Positions 38,001 through 45,222 of a DNA stretch of 64,000 nucleotides are shown piece by piece. A program made the translations under genes and the position numbers. Position 1 is the first letter of the stretch. Every line of letters starts with the position of its first letter. The notes beneath the pieces are model-generated. The model did not search any database, was not told where the DNA came from, and saw only the letters and a list, made by a program, of their open reading frames with translations. The DNA is from a virus (taxonomy: Duplodnaviria > Heunggongvirae > Uroviricota > Caudoviricetes): positions 37,830-101,829 of the IMG/VR virus record IMGVR_UViG_3300010383_000113; one strand, given 5' to 3'.

Positions 38001-38261
38001 GTCGGCCTGGTCTGGAACAACTGGACCAAGTCCTGGATGTCGCCGGGATGCGTGATCGCCGGCAAGACCATCGACGAGATCGGTCCGAAAGGGGAGGGTG
38101 AGGCCTACATCGAGATCGCCCTCGACGAGTACAGCGAAGAGAAGATGCCGATCCGCAACAAAATGTCGATCACCATCCCGGCCGGATCCGGGGTCTTCAT
38201 CTCCTACTTCCCCAACACGGGCGAGTGGGGGATCAGCGGCCTCGACTGCCCCGAGTCGTAA
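35064..38261 (+). CDS. Large tail-tip/hub protein
   Basis: 1,065 aa, overlapping start; in the position expected for a Tal/hub protein. Confidence 0.6.
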   Translation: MSILSSFTSPIKFLGASVRSATHAGGNGGSHLTLTVDLVEDPKAGDHFSPPPVWHPVTFEAGAMKFRGILQNHLRQDDFQGYPAYRVVVADPAQILEGVAVITADVADPVDTPNVLNVYGYWEDRLNFGGSLANDLGMLWDGRWPDLGLTPDDVVVEDPLPLGLKPGLEILANQDSPFSGGINFRGRRYGLDLSGLPRVPEPFRLGGGAPVIGLMQLVADLCDAAGADVQIILGDDDVIRFQSLSRNRPMAPGVLAHWAGMQPDVQSKSIGVELVSETANVLLRGGLVRTLNQIYGYDSEVIWPYWGLDADGNTIWGEGVPEESHTFTLPCDAVADAVGSTSYPCSIAELRAAAVDMDSWAAYLVRREPEKAELLNVASAIDRDSDMAALFGDLVFRRDLLSTRKKDAELFGAMNEGDYWSHKVQGLYDFVASYAREYMGRKFLVRIPFWIYWKVVPDQFGYVATDEIESEGGYMAEDSFPLGLPYAEVDKFMTGDGRFGCFVAFPLDERMNLARLSPENYTVVGDTVYMKAEAEPGIFYAPGRVFPYAVVTLAEPIFAVPPDPLGGIEDVADMLGMTPEQVRSMAGYRTSSFPVRIHPPCYRPAAVALPTKSNRKRYGSERWLAGDGTGGPAQVLIDEDLTPWTCGDVASMLAAGEASIKSMTTGRMEIETAELTIVDLPRCSIREALVEGGPAVTSIDLSISTNGGVLTSYSMRTYTPSPWSFSRYNAERIKVMGRNARMMRANVRNLYQRRRERQMAQLRAYSGLMENTSRAVAQRSPHECLMGFMVKGGPDDRYRTAVAMGSPEELLANMRADSREYRNFAGMGLEGLLRPISTNFHPETHPETPPEGEEQGGYGDDYGLPHFEEPHEDVRSDRKLLTTKDMNPFKDSDVDLMVSGREYAGNLHRKKGEVDQDDLRPLVLRGPLAVNGWGLEMTGKPVPNADQFDGEGNERPVHEWSDEFLEDHTQRPERWKAGVVGLVWNNWTKSWMSPGCVIAGKTIDEIGPKGEGEAYIEIALDEYSEEKMPIRNKMSITIPAGSGVFISYFPNTGEWGISGLDCPES

Positions 38262-38320
38262 CAGTCAGGTGTAAATAGAAGGGGATTCTCACATGACTTG
38301 ACGACGAGGAGCGGAGCGAC

Positions 38321-38968
38321 GTGGCCACGATCACCTTCCAGGCTGGCGAGAACTTCACGATCAACACGCTGGGCGACGGCCAGGGGATCGGCTTCTACGG
38401 GGCCGGCGGCTTCGGCACCTCGGTCCGCGTCGGCGAGTATGCGGAGACGGCCTACATCACCAACTCGACCGGGACCGTCGAGGGGGCCCGGATCGACTGT
38501 GCCGTCTACACCGGGATCTCCTCGGCCAAGATCGGCACGGTGAACTACGACGCCCTCACCAAGATCCCGAACTACCTGGCGACGCTCCGCATCCAGTTCG
38601 AGCACGACACCCCGGTCCGGGTCCAGAACGCCCAACTCCGTGCCTTCAACCGCGTCGACATCGACGTCCCGCCCGTCGGCGTCACCACCAAGGCGGCCGA
38701 GATCATCCACCCCGGGACCACGGCCGACGACACCGGGACGGGCGACACGACCTGGTCGAGCATCGGCGGGGCCGGGGGCGTGATCTCTGGAACCACGTTC
38801 GATCCGCCCCTCAGCCTCGCCCCTTCGCCCGGCGTCAACGGCGAGAGCCCGGACGGCTCCATGACCCAGAGCACCCAGCATCACTGGTTCGTGCTGATCT
38901 CGCAGTCGCCCGACGTCCTGGGGGCCCGCACCGCCAACGGCCTCTGGTTCTCGTGCGAATACCTCTGA
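38321..38968 (+). CDS. Virion structural protein (hypothetical)
   Basis: Thr/Gly-rich 215 aa; GGAG RBS; preceded by GGTGTAAATA; last + strand gene. Confidence 0.65.
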   Translation: MATITFQAGENFTINTLGDGQGIGFYGAGGFGTSVRVGEYAETAYITNSTGTVEGARIDCAVYTGISSAKIGTVNYDALTKIPNYLATLRIQFEHDTPVRVQNAQLRAFNRVDIDVPPVGVTTKAAEIIHPGTTADDTGTGDTTWSSIGGAGGVISGTTFDPPLSLAPSPGVNGESPDGSMTQSTQHHWFVLISQSPDVLGARTANGLWFSCEYL

Positions 38969-38984
38969 CCCCCTGCTCCTCCCC

Positions 38985-39533
38985 TCAGCCGTGCTCGTAG
39001 ATCCCGGTCTGGAGTTTGACCATCACGACCTGGTGGGCCTTCTCGAACTCGGGCAGGACTTCCAGGCCGAGGATCTCGAAGACATCGAGCATGAAGCGAT
39101 AGACGAACAGGCCGATTGAGGGGTCGGTGAGGTGGCTGTTGCCAGCCACATTAAGCGTAATTGTACCCTCCGCGAGGAGCCAATCGGCGATCTCCCGGGG
39201 GGTTTTCGATTTCGTGCGGACATCGACTTTCTCGTCGGGGCGGCGGTACTCTTTGATGAGGCGTCGCGTCAGGAGTTCGCCCTTCGATCTCCAGTCCGAG
39301 GCGAAGCACAGCGTCGCGTCCGAATTCTTGACGTTCTCCTCGGTCCTCGGCGGATAGCGGCCGTCTGAGTGTGCGATCATGCCGAACATCTCGGCATACT
39401 GCGGCTTCGGCCCGTCGAGCGTGATGAAATTACGCGGCATTGTGCCGCCCGTGGCCAAGCCGACCATCTTCGCGGCCAGAACGCCCGCGACGTCGGCCCC
39501 GGTTTGTCCGCCTGAGATTGTCTTTTTAAGCAT
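38985..39533 (-). CDS. SLOG-family putative molybdenum-carrier-like protein
   Basis: ISGGQTGAD..G...A...GG..P...Y..RTEENVKNSDATL...TLNVAGN signature. Confidence 0.85.
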   Translation of the reverse strand: MLKKTISGGQTGADVAGVLAAKMVGLATGGTMPRNFITLDGPKPQYAEMFGMIAHSDGRYPPRTEENVKNSDATLCFASDWRSKGELLTRRLIKEYRRPDEKVDVRTKSKTPREIADWLLAEGTITLNVAGNSHLTDPSIGLFVYRFMLDVFEILGLEVLPEFEKAHQVVMVKLQTGIYEHG

Positions 39534-39545
39534 TGTCTCGATATC

Positions 39546-40049
39546 TTAGAGTTTGACGTACTTGCCGATCAGGCCACACGTCTGTAGGCAGACGGCGTTG
39601 AATCCGCCATAGGCGATCAGCACGGAAGGTGCCCCTCCGTTATCCTTGGCCCGGTTCCCGTCCACATGATGGAATCGGATCCTACCCTTCAGGAAGAAGA
39701 GGGCGTCGGCCCGGCTCCAAACATGATCGTAGAACATCGACGTCTCGGTCCTGGCGAATACCAGGGCGATCCCATCGCCGTGGATCGACAGTTTCTCAAG
39801 CCATCGACTCGCTTCCGGCCCATAGGGCGGGTTGCACCAGACGCGACCTTCCCAGTGCTGCGAAAGCCCGTCGTCTTCGATCGTGTAGTGCTTCTTGGCG
39901 GTCGGCCATGGCCTGTCGATCGGACTGCACGGATCAAGGTCGAACTCGCCGAGTGCTTCCAGGATGTAAGGAGGCGTCAGCCATTCGTCGGTAAGCCCTC
40001 GATAACCCGGTTGATGACCGCCGATTGTTTTCGCCATACCGCCGCTCAA
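39546..40049 (-). CDS. Phage DNA N6-adenine methyltransferase (lambdoid Dam family)
   Basis: DEWLTP...FDLDPC...DGL...W...VWCNPPYG...ARTET motifs. Confidence 0.9.
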   Translation of the reverse strand: MSGGMAKTIGGHQPGYRGLTDEWLTPPYILEALGEFDLDPCSPIDRPWPTAKKHYTIEDDGLSQHWEGRVWCNPPYGPEASRWLEKLSIHGDGIALVFARTETSMFYDHVWSRADALFFLKGRIRFHHVDGNRAKDNGGAPSVLIAYGGFNAVCLQTCGLIGKYVKL

Positions 40050-40060
40050 AAATCAAGTGG

Positions 40061-40607
40061 TTACAGTTCGACCAATTCCGCATCGATTCCTTCGATCATC
40101 TCTTCGATGTCGCCCTGAAGGTCTTCGATGTCTTCCATCAGGCAGTCGTGGTAGGCCGTCTCGCTGTCGTAGCGTCGCAGGTGGTCGCCCAGGCTTCTCA
40201 GGGCTTCGACGGCCAGGCGACATCTAAGATCGCGTTCTTCCAGGCAGACGCGATATTCATCCTCGTCGAGGTCGACGAGGGGGATCGCTCCGCTCGGGCA
40301 GCAGGGAGGGTCGCCCATGTCCACGAAGGGCATGTCGACGACCCGGTGGGCGTGGCGGTCGAGGAGTCGTGCCATGCGTTCTTCCGCGATGGTCTCGCAG
40401 GACCCCCGGAACAGCAGCCAGTAGCACGGGTCGGGGACGACGTCCTCGCGATGCCGGAAGTGCCGCCAGCCGTCGCCGACCTTGACGTAGAAGTGGGGCG
40501 TCCAGGCGTCGAAGAACCAGATCGCCCGGACCTTGAGGCTCCGGTGGGCCGCCATGAGGGCGAGGGCCGCCAGGAAGCAGTTGCCCACCCGGAGGGTCTT
40601 GTCATTC
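40061..40607 (-). CDS. Hypothetical protein (start approximate, MNDKTLRV...)
   Basis: GC3 bias; acidic coiled-coil C-terminus. Confidence 0.55.
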
Positions 40608-40880
40608 ATCGAGGGGGGCTTCCTCCTCGGATTCGATCGCCTCGTAGAGGGATTGGGCCTCCTTCGACAGCACGTCAATCATGCCGTTGAGTTCATCCTC
40701 GCCGTTAGACAGCATGTGCAGCAGCATTCGAGCGTCATCGGATTTCACGCAGTCGAGCGACATGAGACAAGTCCTGTCCACTCGCTCCAAGAAGCTGCCG
40801 ATTTCAAAAGCGAGATTGTCCATGCCGCCGATGATCAGACTGATACGATCGGCCTTCTCTTCCATTTCGTCGCGATTCAT
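40602..40880 (-). CDS. Hypothetical acidic protein
   Basis: ATG-started ORF packed in the operon. Confidence 0.6.
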   Translation of the reverse strand: MNRDEMEEKADRISLIIGGMDNLAFEIGSFLERVDRTCLMSLDCVKSDDARMLLHMLSNGEDELNGMIDVLSKEAQSLYEAIESEEEAPLDE

Positions 40881-40887
40881 GGGTGCC

Positions 40888-41238
40888 TCATTCTGAAGTG
40901 AGCCAGTCGAACAGGTCGGCGAACAATTCGGGGTTCGGGCTGTTGGTGCTGAAGGTGAAGGGCTTGCTCGTACGCCGGTGCCACATCCAGACGTCGATAT
41001 CCCCCTGGGGACCGACGTCGATCTCCAGGACGCGATCCTTGCGGGGCCACGAGAACCGGATCTCGCCCATCACCGTGGGGATGATCGCGGGAACGCCGCA
41101 CTCGACGAACGACATGAAGCGGAGCAGGTCGAAGGCGTAGTCGCAGGAGGACTTGGGCACGATGCTGTTGGTGCGAAAGTCCACGCCGGGCGATCCGTCC
41201 GCCCACTGGTAGATCCGCTCCTTGAGGCTCTGGGTCAT
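40888..41238 (-). CDS. Hypothetical protein
   Basis: ATG start, GC3 bias. Confidence 0.65.
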   Translation of the reverse strand: MTQSLKERIYQWADGSPGVDFRTNSIVPKSSCDYAFDLLRFMSFVECGVPAIIPTVMGEIRFSWPRKDRVLEIDVGPQGDIDVWMWHRRTSKPFTFSTNSPNPELFADLFDWLTSE

Positions 41239-41247
41239 GGAGATTCC

Positions 41248-41285
41248 AAAAAAGGAGCCGCACCAACCGGCGGGATGATGCGGCG
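41248..41285 (-). terminator. Probable intrinsic terminator
   Basis: On the - strand CCGCATCA...TGGTGCGG stem followed by CTCCTTTTTT. Confidence 0.5.
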
Positions 41286-41315
41286 TCTCGGTTGCTCAGG
41301 CTGCGACCTTGGGCG

Positions 41316-41690
41316 TCACTCGGCGTTCTTCTGCCCGGGGACGTACTTGACGAAGCCGTTATTCGGCAGCCAGTTGCCGTCCTTGTCCTTCCGCTTCGGG
41401 AAGAGGCCGCCACCCTTCTTGTTCTGGCCGTACGCCAAAACGGACCGGCACTTCGGATTGGTACAACAAATTTCGTGGTACGCGTTATCTTCGACCACGC
41501 GGACTCGCGGGAAGACTTCGCTCTTGCAGGCCCCGCACTCGGTCACGCCGAAGACTTCGTGGATGGCCGAGATCACCTTGAAGGCCTCGGCCTGGGTGTC
41601 GGCTTCCTCGGTGATGGTGATGTGCTCGTTGATCTTGTAGGCGATTTCCAAGGGTCGAACTCCCTGCTCCCCCGGCCGCAGGCCGGGCAC
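41316..41690 (-). CDS. Zn-finger-containing hypothetical protein (start uncertain)
   Basis: ECGAC...EICCTNPKC; GGLFPKRKDKDGNWLPNNG. Confidence 0.65.
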   Translation of the reverse strand: MPGLRPGEQGVRPLEIAYKINEHITITEEADTQAEAFKVISAIHEVFGVTECGACKSEVFPRVRVVEDNAYHEICCTNPKCRSVLAYGQNKKGGGLFPKRKDKDGNWLPNNGFVKYVPGQKNAE

Positions 41691-41743
41691 TGATTCGGCC
41701 GGGGGAATGGGCCGTGTCGCTACCCTCAGTCAACATACGCCGG

Positions 41744-42475
41744 TCAGGGCGTGGAGATGGGGGCCTCGTTGAGCACGCTCGGGTCGATCAGGTCACGCTT
41801 CTGGAACCAGTCGTTGAGGAGCTTGAGGGCCTTGGCCGCCTCCTCCTTCGTGAGCTGGGAGAGGTCCTGGGCCCCACGCCGGCTGTACTTGGCGAGGAAG
41901 GCGTCGGGGTTGATGTTGAGGTCCCGGAAGTTCTTCTCCAGCGAATTCTTCTGGACCGGCGTGATGGAACCCTCGGGAAGGGCCTTGGGAGGCCGCTGGC
42001 GGGGCTGATATGGCTTGCCCGCCATTTCCTCGGCCGCGACGCGATTGATGCCCAGGAGCTTACGCAGGACCCTTCCTGCCGCCCTGGTTGAGGCCGTCTG
42101 GGGACCGAACCGGGCGAACTCCGGGTTGTCGCGTTCCTCGTCCACGTCCGCCACGTCCGAGTAGTCGTAGATCACGTTCGCATCGCGATGGGAGCGGACC
42201 TTGATCCGATAGACGACCCTCGTGACGTATCCGTTGAGGTCCGATCCGTACTCGATCTGCTCAGGATTGCTGTAGATCACGTCCCCGATGAGCTTCATGA
42301 CCAGGCGGCGGAGCCCCGGGACTCGCGGGTAACGCTTGCCGTCGTCCTCCGTGTACTCGCCGTCGCCCAGGAGGGACATGCAGTAGTCGGTCCACTCGGG
42401 ATCGGTCGGGGAGGGCGTCGTCGCGGCGTCGGGCGGGACCTCCGTCTTGGCAGTCTTAGCGGGCGGCATGCTCAT
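41744..42475 (-). CDS. Single-strand annealing protein (Sak/Rad52/ERF-like)
   Basis: TASTRAAGRVLRKLLGI motif and a C-terminal helical DNA-binding tail (ITPVQK...LSQLTKEEA). Confidence 0.55.
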   Translation of the reverse strand: MSMPPAKTAKTEVPPDAATTPSPTDPEWTDYCMSLLGDGEYTEDDGKRYPRVPGLRRLVMKLIGDVIYSNPEQIEYGSDLNGYVTRVVYRIKVRSHRDANVIYDYSDVADVDEERDNPEFARFGPQTASTRAAGRVLRKLLGINRVAAEEMAGKPYQPRQRPPKALPEGSITPVQKNSLEKNFRDLNINPDAFLAKYSRRGAQDLSQLTKEEAAKALKLLNDWFQKRDLIDPSVLNEAPISTP

Positions 42476-43346
42476 CCTTCGGGCTGAAAAACTCGTTGTG
42501 ATCGCGATAGTACCAGGAGACCCCTTCGACCTCGGACGCCTCGCGGGCCTTCTGGTAGATGGGCTCGGCGATGTTGCCCCGGACGCGGGGGTTGAGGTGG
42601 AAGGCCCGATAGGCCACGAAGCCGTTCCCGTCGCCGTCGGGGCCGATCGCGAAGATCCGGTCCATCTCGACGTTCACAGCCTCGTCGACCCGGGAGAAGA
42701 AGTCCTCGGGCCACTCGTAGCCGGCCTGGGCCCCCGTGTAGAACAGGGTCCGGGAATGCCGGAGGGCCTCGTCGCAGCCCCGCAGCAGCGGGTCGCCGCC
42801 GTACTCACGCTCGGCCTCCTCGGAGATCGGCAGGAGGTTCACCACCTCCCAGGACTTGAAACCGTGCTCGGCCAGCCGACGCGAGATCGGGCCGGCGGAA
42901 CGCTCGTCGTCCTCCAGGACCACCGCGACGTGGACGACATAGTCTTTCTGGCGTGCCAGCGACTTCAGCGAGGCGTAGAGCTTGCGGATCGGGCCGCCGG
43001 TCTTGTGGCGGACGACGGCCGCGAACGTGGCCCGATTGATGGCCCGGACCGTCTTCGACAGGGCCTTGAAGGACGGGTCGGGCTGTTCGGCCGCCCACTT
43101 GTCGGACCGGATCGCGTTGCAGAAGCGATTGGCGATCTCGAAGTGGACGCCGTCCTCCTCGCGGGAGACCTCGTGCCCACGCTCGCGGAACTTGTCGATC
43201 CGCCCGAACCGGCAGCCGACCTGGAGCCCGTCCTCGACGACCTTGAAATGGCAGGTCTTGCAGGAGGTCGCCATGTATCCGACGGCCTTGCCGTTGGGCT
43301 CGACGATCGAAAGGGCGACGTAGTCTTTGTTGGTTTCAGACATCAT
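42456..43346 (-). CDS. Hypothetical protein with a Cys-rich N-terminus and possible GT-A-like C-terminus
   Basis: SCKTCHF...GC...FCN; LYASLKSLARQ...VAVVLED resembles a GT2 N-terminus. Confidence 0.5.
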   Translation of the reverse strand: MMSETNKDYVALSIVEPNGKAVGYMATSCKTCHFKVVEDGLQVGCRFGRIDKFRERGHEVSREEDGVHFEIANRFCNAIRSDKWAAEQPDPSFKALSKTVRAINRATFAAVVRHKTGGPIRKLYASLKSLARQKDYVVHVAVVLEDDERSAGPISRRLAEHGFKSWEVVNLLPISEEAEREYGGDPLLRGCDEALRHSRTLFYTGAQAGYEWPEDFFSRVDEAVNVEMDRIFAIGPDGDGNGFVAYRAFHLNPRVRGNIAEPIYQKAREASEVEGVSWYYRDHNEFFSPKDEHAAR

Positions 43347-43974
43347 ACTTCTTCCAGCGGTAATCCAATTCTTCCCGCGTCTCCCGGCGGAGCCGATCCA
43401 TCACCTCGTCGATGGGGCGGCCTCCCAGCAGCTCGCGGACGTTGCGACAATGACGCTCGATGACCGGCACGAGGTCCGGCTGGCCCGTGGCGTGGGCCCT
43501 GGCGATGCAGATCTCGGCCGGGACGTCGAACAGCACGGGTACGGCGTTGACGTCGACCTCCAGGAGTTGCTTGATGCTCCGGGCCGTCGTGTGCGTCCCG
43601 TCCACGAAGACGACGTGGCCCATGTCGAGGTGGGCCTTGAGGATCGCCGGCTTCAGGCCGTGGACGAGGGGTTCGAGGTGCTTGTTGTAGCGGCGGCCGT
43701 GGAGGCCGATCCGGAGGCTGTCCTGGCTCCACCGGACGCGATGGCCGAGGACCTCGGGCATCTCGAAGCCCTCCTCCCACCGGCGGGCGTAGGTCGACTT
43801 GCCGCAGCGGGCCGGGCCGACGGAGAAGAAAAGGCGGGGAGGAGCAGGGAGGGGCGAGCGGGGCGAGTCGGCCGCCGAGGGGAACGGCCAGTCGTTGGCG
43901 GGCTTGAAGCCGTTCGGGGTGAGTTCCCCGGACCAATCGCGGCTGAAGTAGAAGCCGCAGACGTCGTCAGTCAA
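43336..43974 (-). CDS. P-loop kinase (AAA_33/polynucleotide-kinase type)
   Basis: VGPARCGKST Walker A, SQDSLR, VFVDGTH, FDVPAEICIAR; TTG start overlapping the upstream stop. Confidence 0.8.
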   Translation of the reverse strand: MTDDVCGFYFSRDWSGELTPNGFKPANDWPFPSAADSPRSPLPAPPRLFFSVGPARCGKSTYARRWEEGFEMPEVLGHRVRWSQDSLRIGLHGRRYNKHLEPLVHGLKPAILKAHLDMGHVVFVDGTHTTARSIKQLLEVDVNAVPVLFDVPAEICIARAHATGQPDLVPVIERHCRNVRELLGGRPIDEVMDRLRRETREELDYRWKKYDV

Positions 43975-44233
43975 CCAAACCTCCCTTCGAGAAGCACCAA
44001 TCGCAAAACGCTGCGTCGATCGCCCACAACTCCTCGTCCGACTGGACCTCCTGGACTTTCTTAAGCCAGTCCTCCAGGACGTCTCGTTCTTCGGGGTGTT
44101 TCTCCAGGGCCGCCACGAGGTCGTCCATAAGGTCTTCCTGCGTGTAGAACTCCTCGTCGGGGTCCACGATCGTGGTGCCGTAGACCTCCGAGAAGAGTTC
44201 CGCGTCTTCCAGGTCGTCGTCGTCTTCGAACAT
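43967..44233 (-). CDS. Highly acidic small protein
   Basis: 88 aa, very D/E-rich; ATG start. Confidence 0.65.
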   Translation of the reverse strand: MFEDDDDLEDAELFSEVYGTTIVDPDEEFYTQEDLMDDLVAALEKHPEERDVLEDWLKKVQEVQSDEELWAIDAAFCDWCFSKGGLVD

Positions 44234-44288
44234 GATCCGCCTCCCGTGGGGTCGGCCCCCGCTTCCCTGCGGAGGCCCGTTTCCCTTG

Positions 44289-44738
44289 TCAGAAGCCCAT
44301 GGGGTTCGACGGATCTTCCTCGTCCTCGAAGGGCGGGTCGGGGGCCTTGCGGGAGGACGCCGGCTTGCGGGCTTCGCCCCCGCCCCCCTGCTCCTCCCCG
44401 GCCTGCTCGCGATCCCAGGACTTCAGTTTGAGGCCCTGATACTCGAACGACAGGAGGCGGAAATAGGCCTTCTTCCGCTTCTCGCCGGTCTTCTTGTCCT
44501 CCCACTGGTCGGTCTTGTACTCGCCAGTGAGGCCGACCTTGTCGCCCTTGGCCCAGTTCTCGACGATGAACTCGGCGTCCTTGTCCCACGCGGTGAAGTC
44601 GATGTACTCGACCTCGCCCTTCTTGCGGCCGTTGACGGCCACGGAGAAGTCGGTCACGGCCGTCCCCTGGGGGGTCCGCCGGATCTCGGGGTCTCGGGTC
44701 AGATTGCCGACACAGCGGAAGTTGTTGTTGAAAGCCAT
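44289..44738 (-). CDS. ssb: Single-stranded DNA-binding protein
   Basis: VGNLTRDPEIRRTPQGTAVTDFSVAVN...G.Y.TDQWEDK; acidic tail ending PMGF. Confidence 0.95.
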   Translation of the reverse strand: MAFNNNFRCVGNLTRDPEIRRTPQGTAVTDFSVAVNGRKKGEVEYIDFTAWDKDAEFIVENWAKGDKVGLTGEYKTDQWEDKKTGEKRKKAYFRLLSFEYQGLKLKSWDREQAGEEQGGGGEARKPASSRKAPDPPFEDEEDPSNPMGF

Positions 44739-44739
44739 C

Positions 44740-45222
44740 TCAGATCTCCTTGGCGATGGTGAGGCAGGATTCGAAGCCCTCGACGACGTCGAATTCGATC
44801 GCGAGTCGTTCCAGGTCTTCCTCGGTGAGGTCGCGGCAGTTTCGGAAAAGGTGGGACAGTTTGTCGGCCTTGAGCCGACGGTCGGGTTCGAGCTTCGGGA
44901 ACAGGCCCTCGGCGTCCTCGACCTCCTCGCCCGCCTCGTCCCGGAAGAAGGCGTAGGCGGAGTCATAGGGCGGGTCGACGGCCTGGCAGGCCGCCTCGAC
45001 GATCAGCTCGACGGCCGTCGGCAGGGCGTAGTCGGGCACCCCGAGGAACTCCTTGCCGCCGGGTGTCCCGACGTCGTAGGAGCCCTCGGGGCCCCCGTAA
45101 TACTGCGTGTACCAGGCCAGCTCGCCGCCGTCCGGCAGGACGAGCTTGAAACCCCCTTGGATCTTCCGGACGACGACGCGATAGCCGCCGTCCTCCAGGA
45201 TCTTCCTGACGGCTCGATTCAC
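44740..45222 (-). CDS. Hypothetical protein
   Basis: GTGA overlap with the dnaE-C stop; GC3 bias. Confidence 0.65.
   Translation of the reverse strand: MNRAVRKILEDGGYRVVVRKIQGGFKLVLPDGGELAWYTQYYGGPEGSYDVGTPGGKEFLGVPDYALPTAVELIVEAACQAVDPPYDSAYAFFRDEAGEEVEDAEGLFPKLEPDRRLKADKLSHLFRNCRDLTEEDLERLAIEFDVVEGFESCLTIAKEI

Larger units (their letters stand above)
2341..38278 (+). promoter_or_regulatory. Candidate late-promoter motif GGTGTA plus A/T-rich tail (six dispersed copies)
   Basis: At 2341, 6590, 8743, 12252, 18679 and 38268, each about 40-80 nt upstream of a + strand gene start. Confidence 0.6.

Noticed and set aside
38985-39533. Molybdenum-cofactor metabolism as an auxiliary metabolic function
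   Set aside because: The family name is historical; no other Moco genes are present, and a generic SLOG nucleotide-binding role is more plausible.
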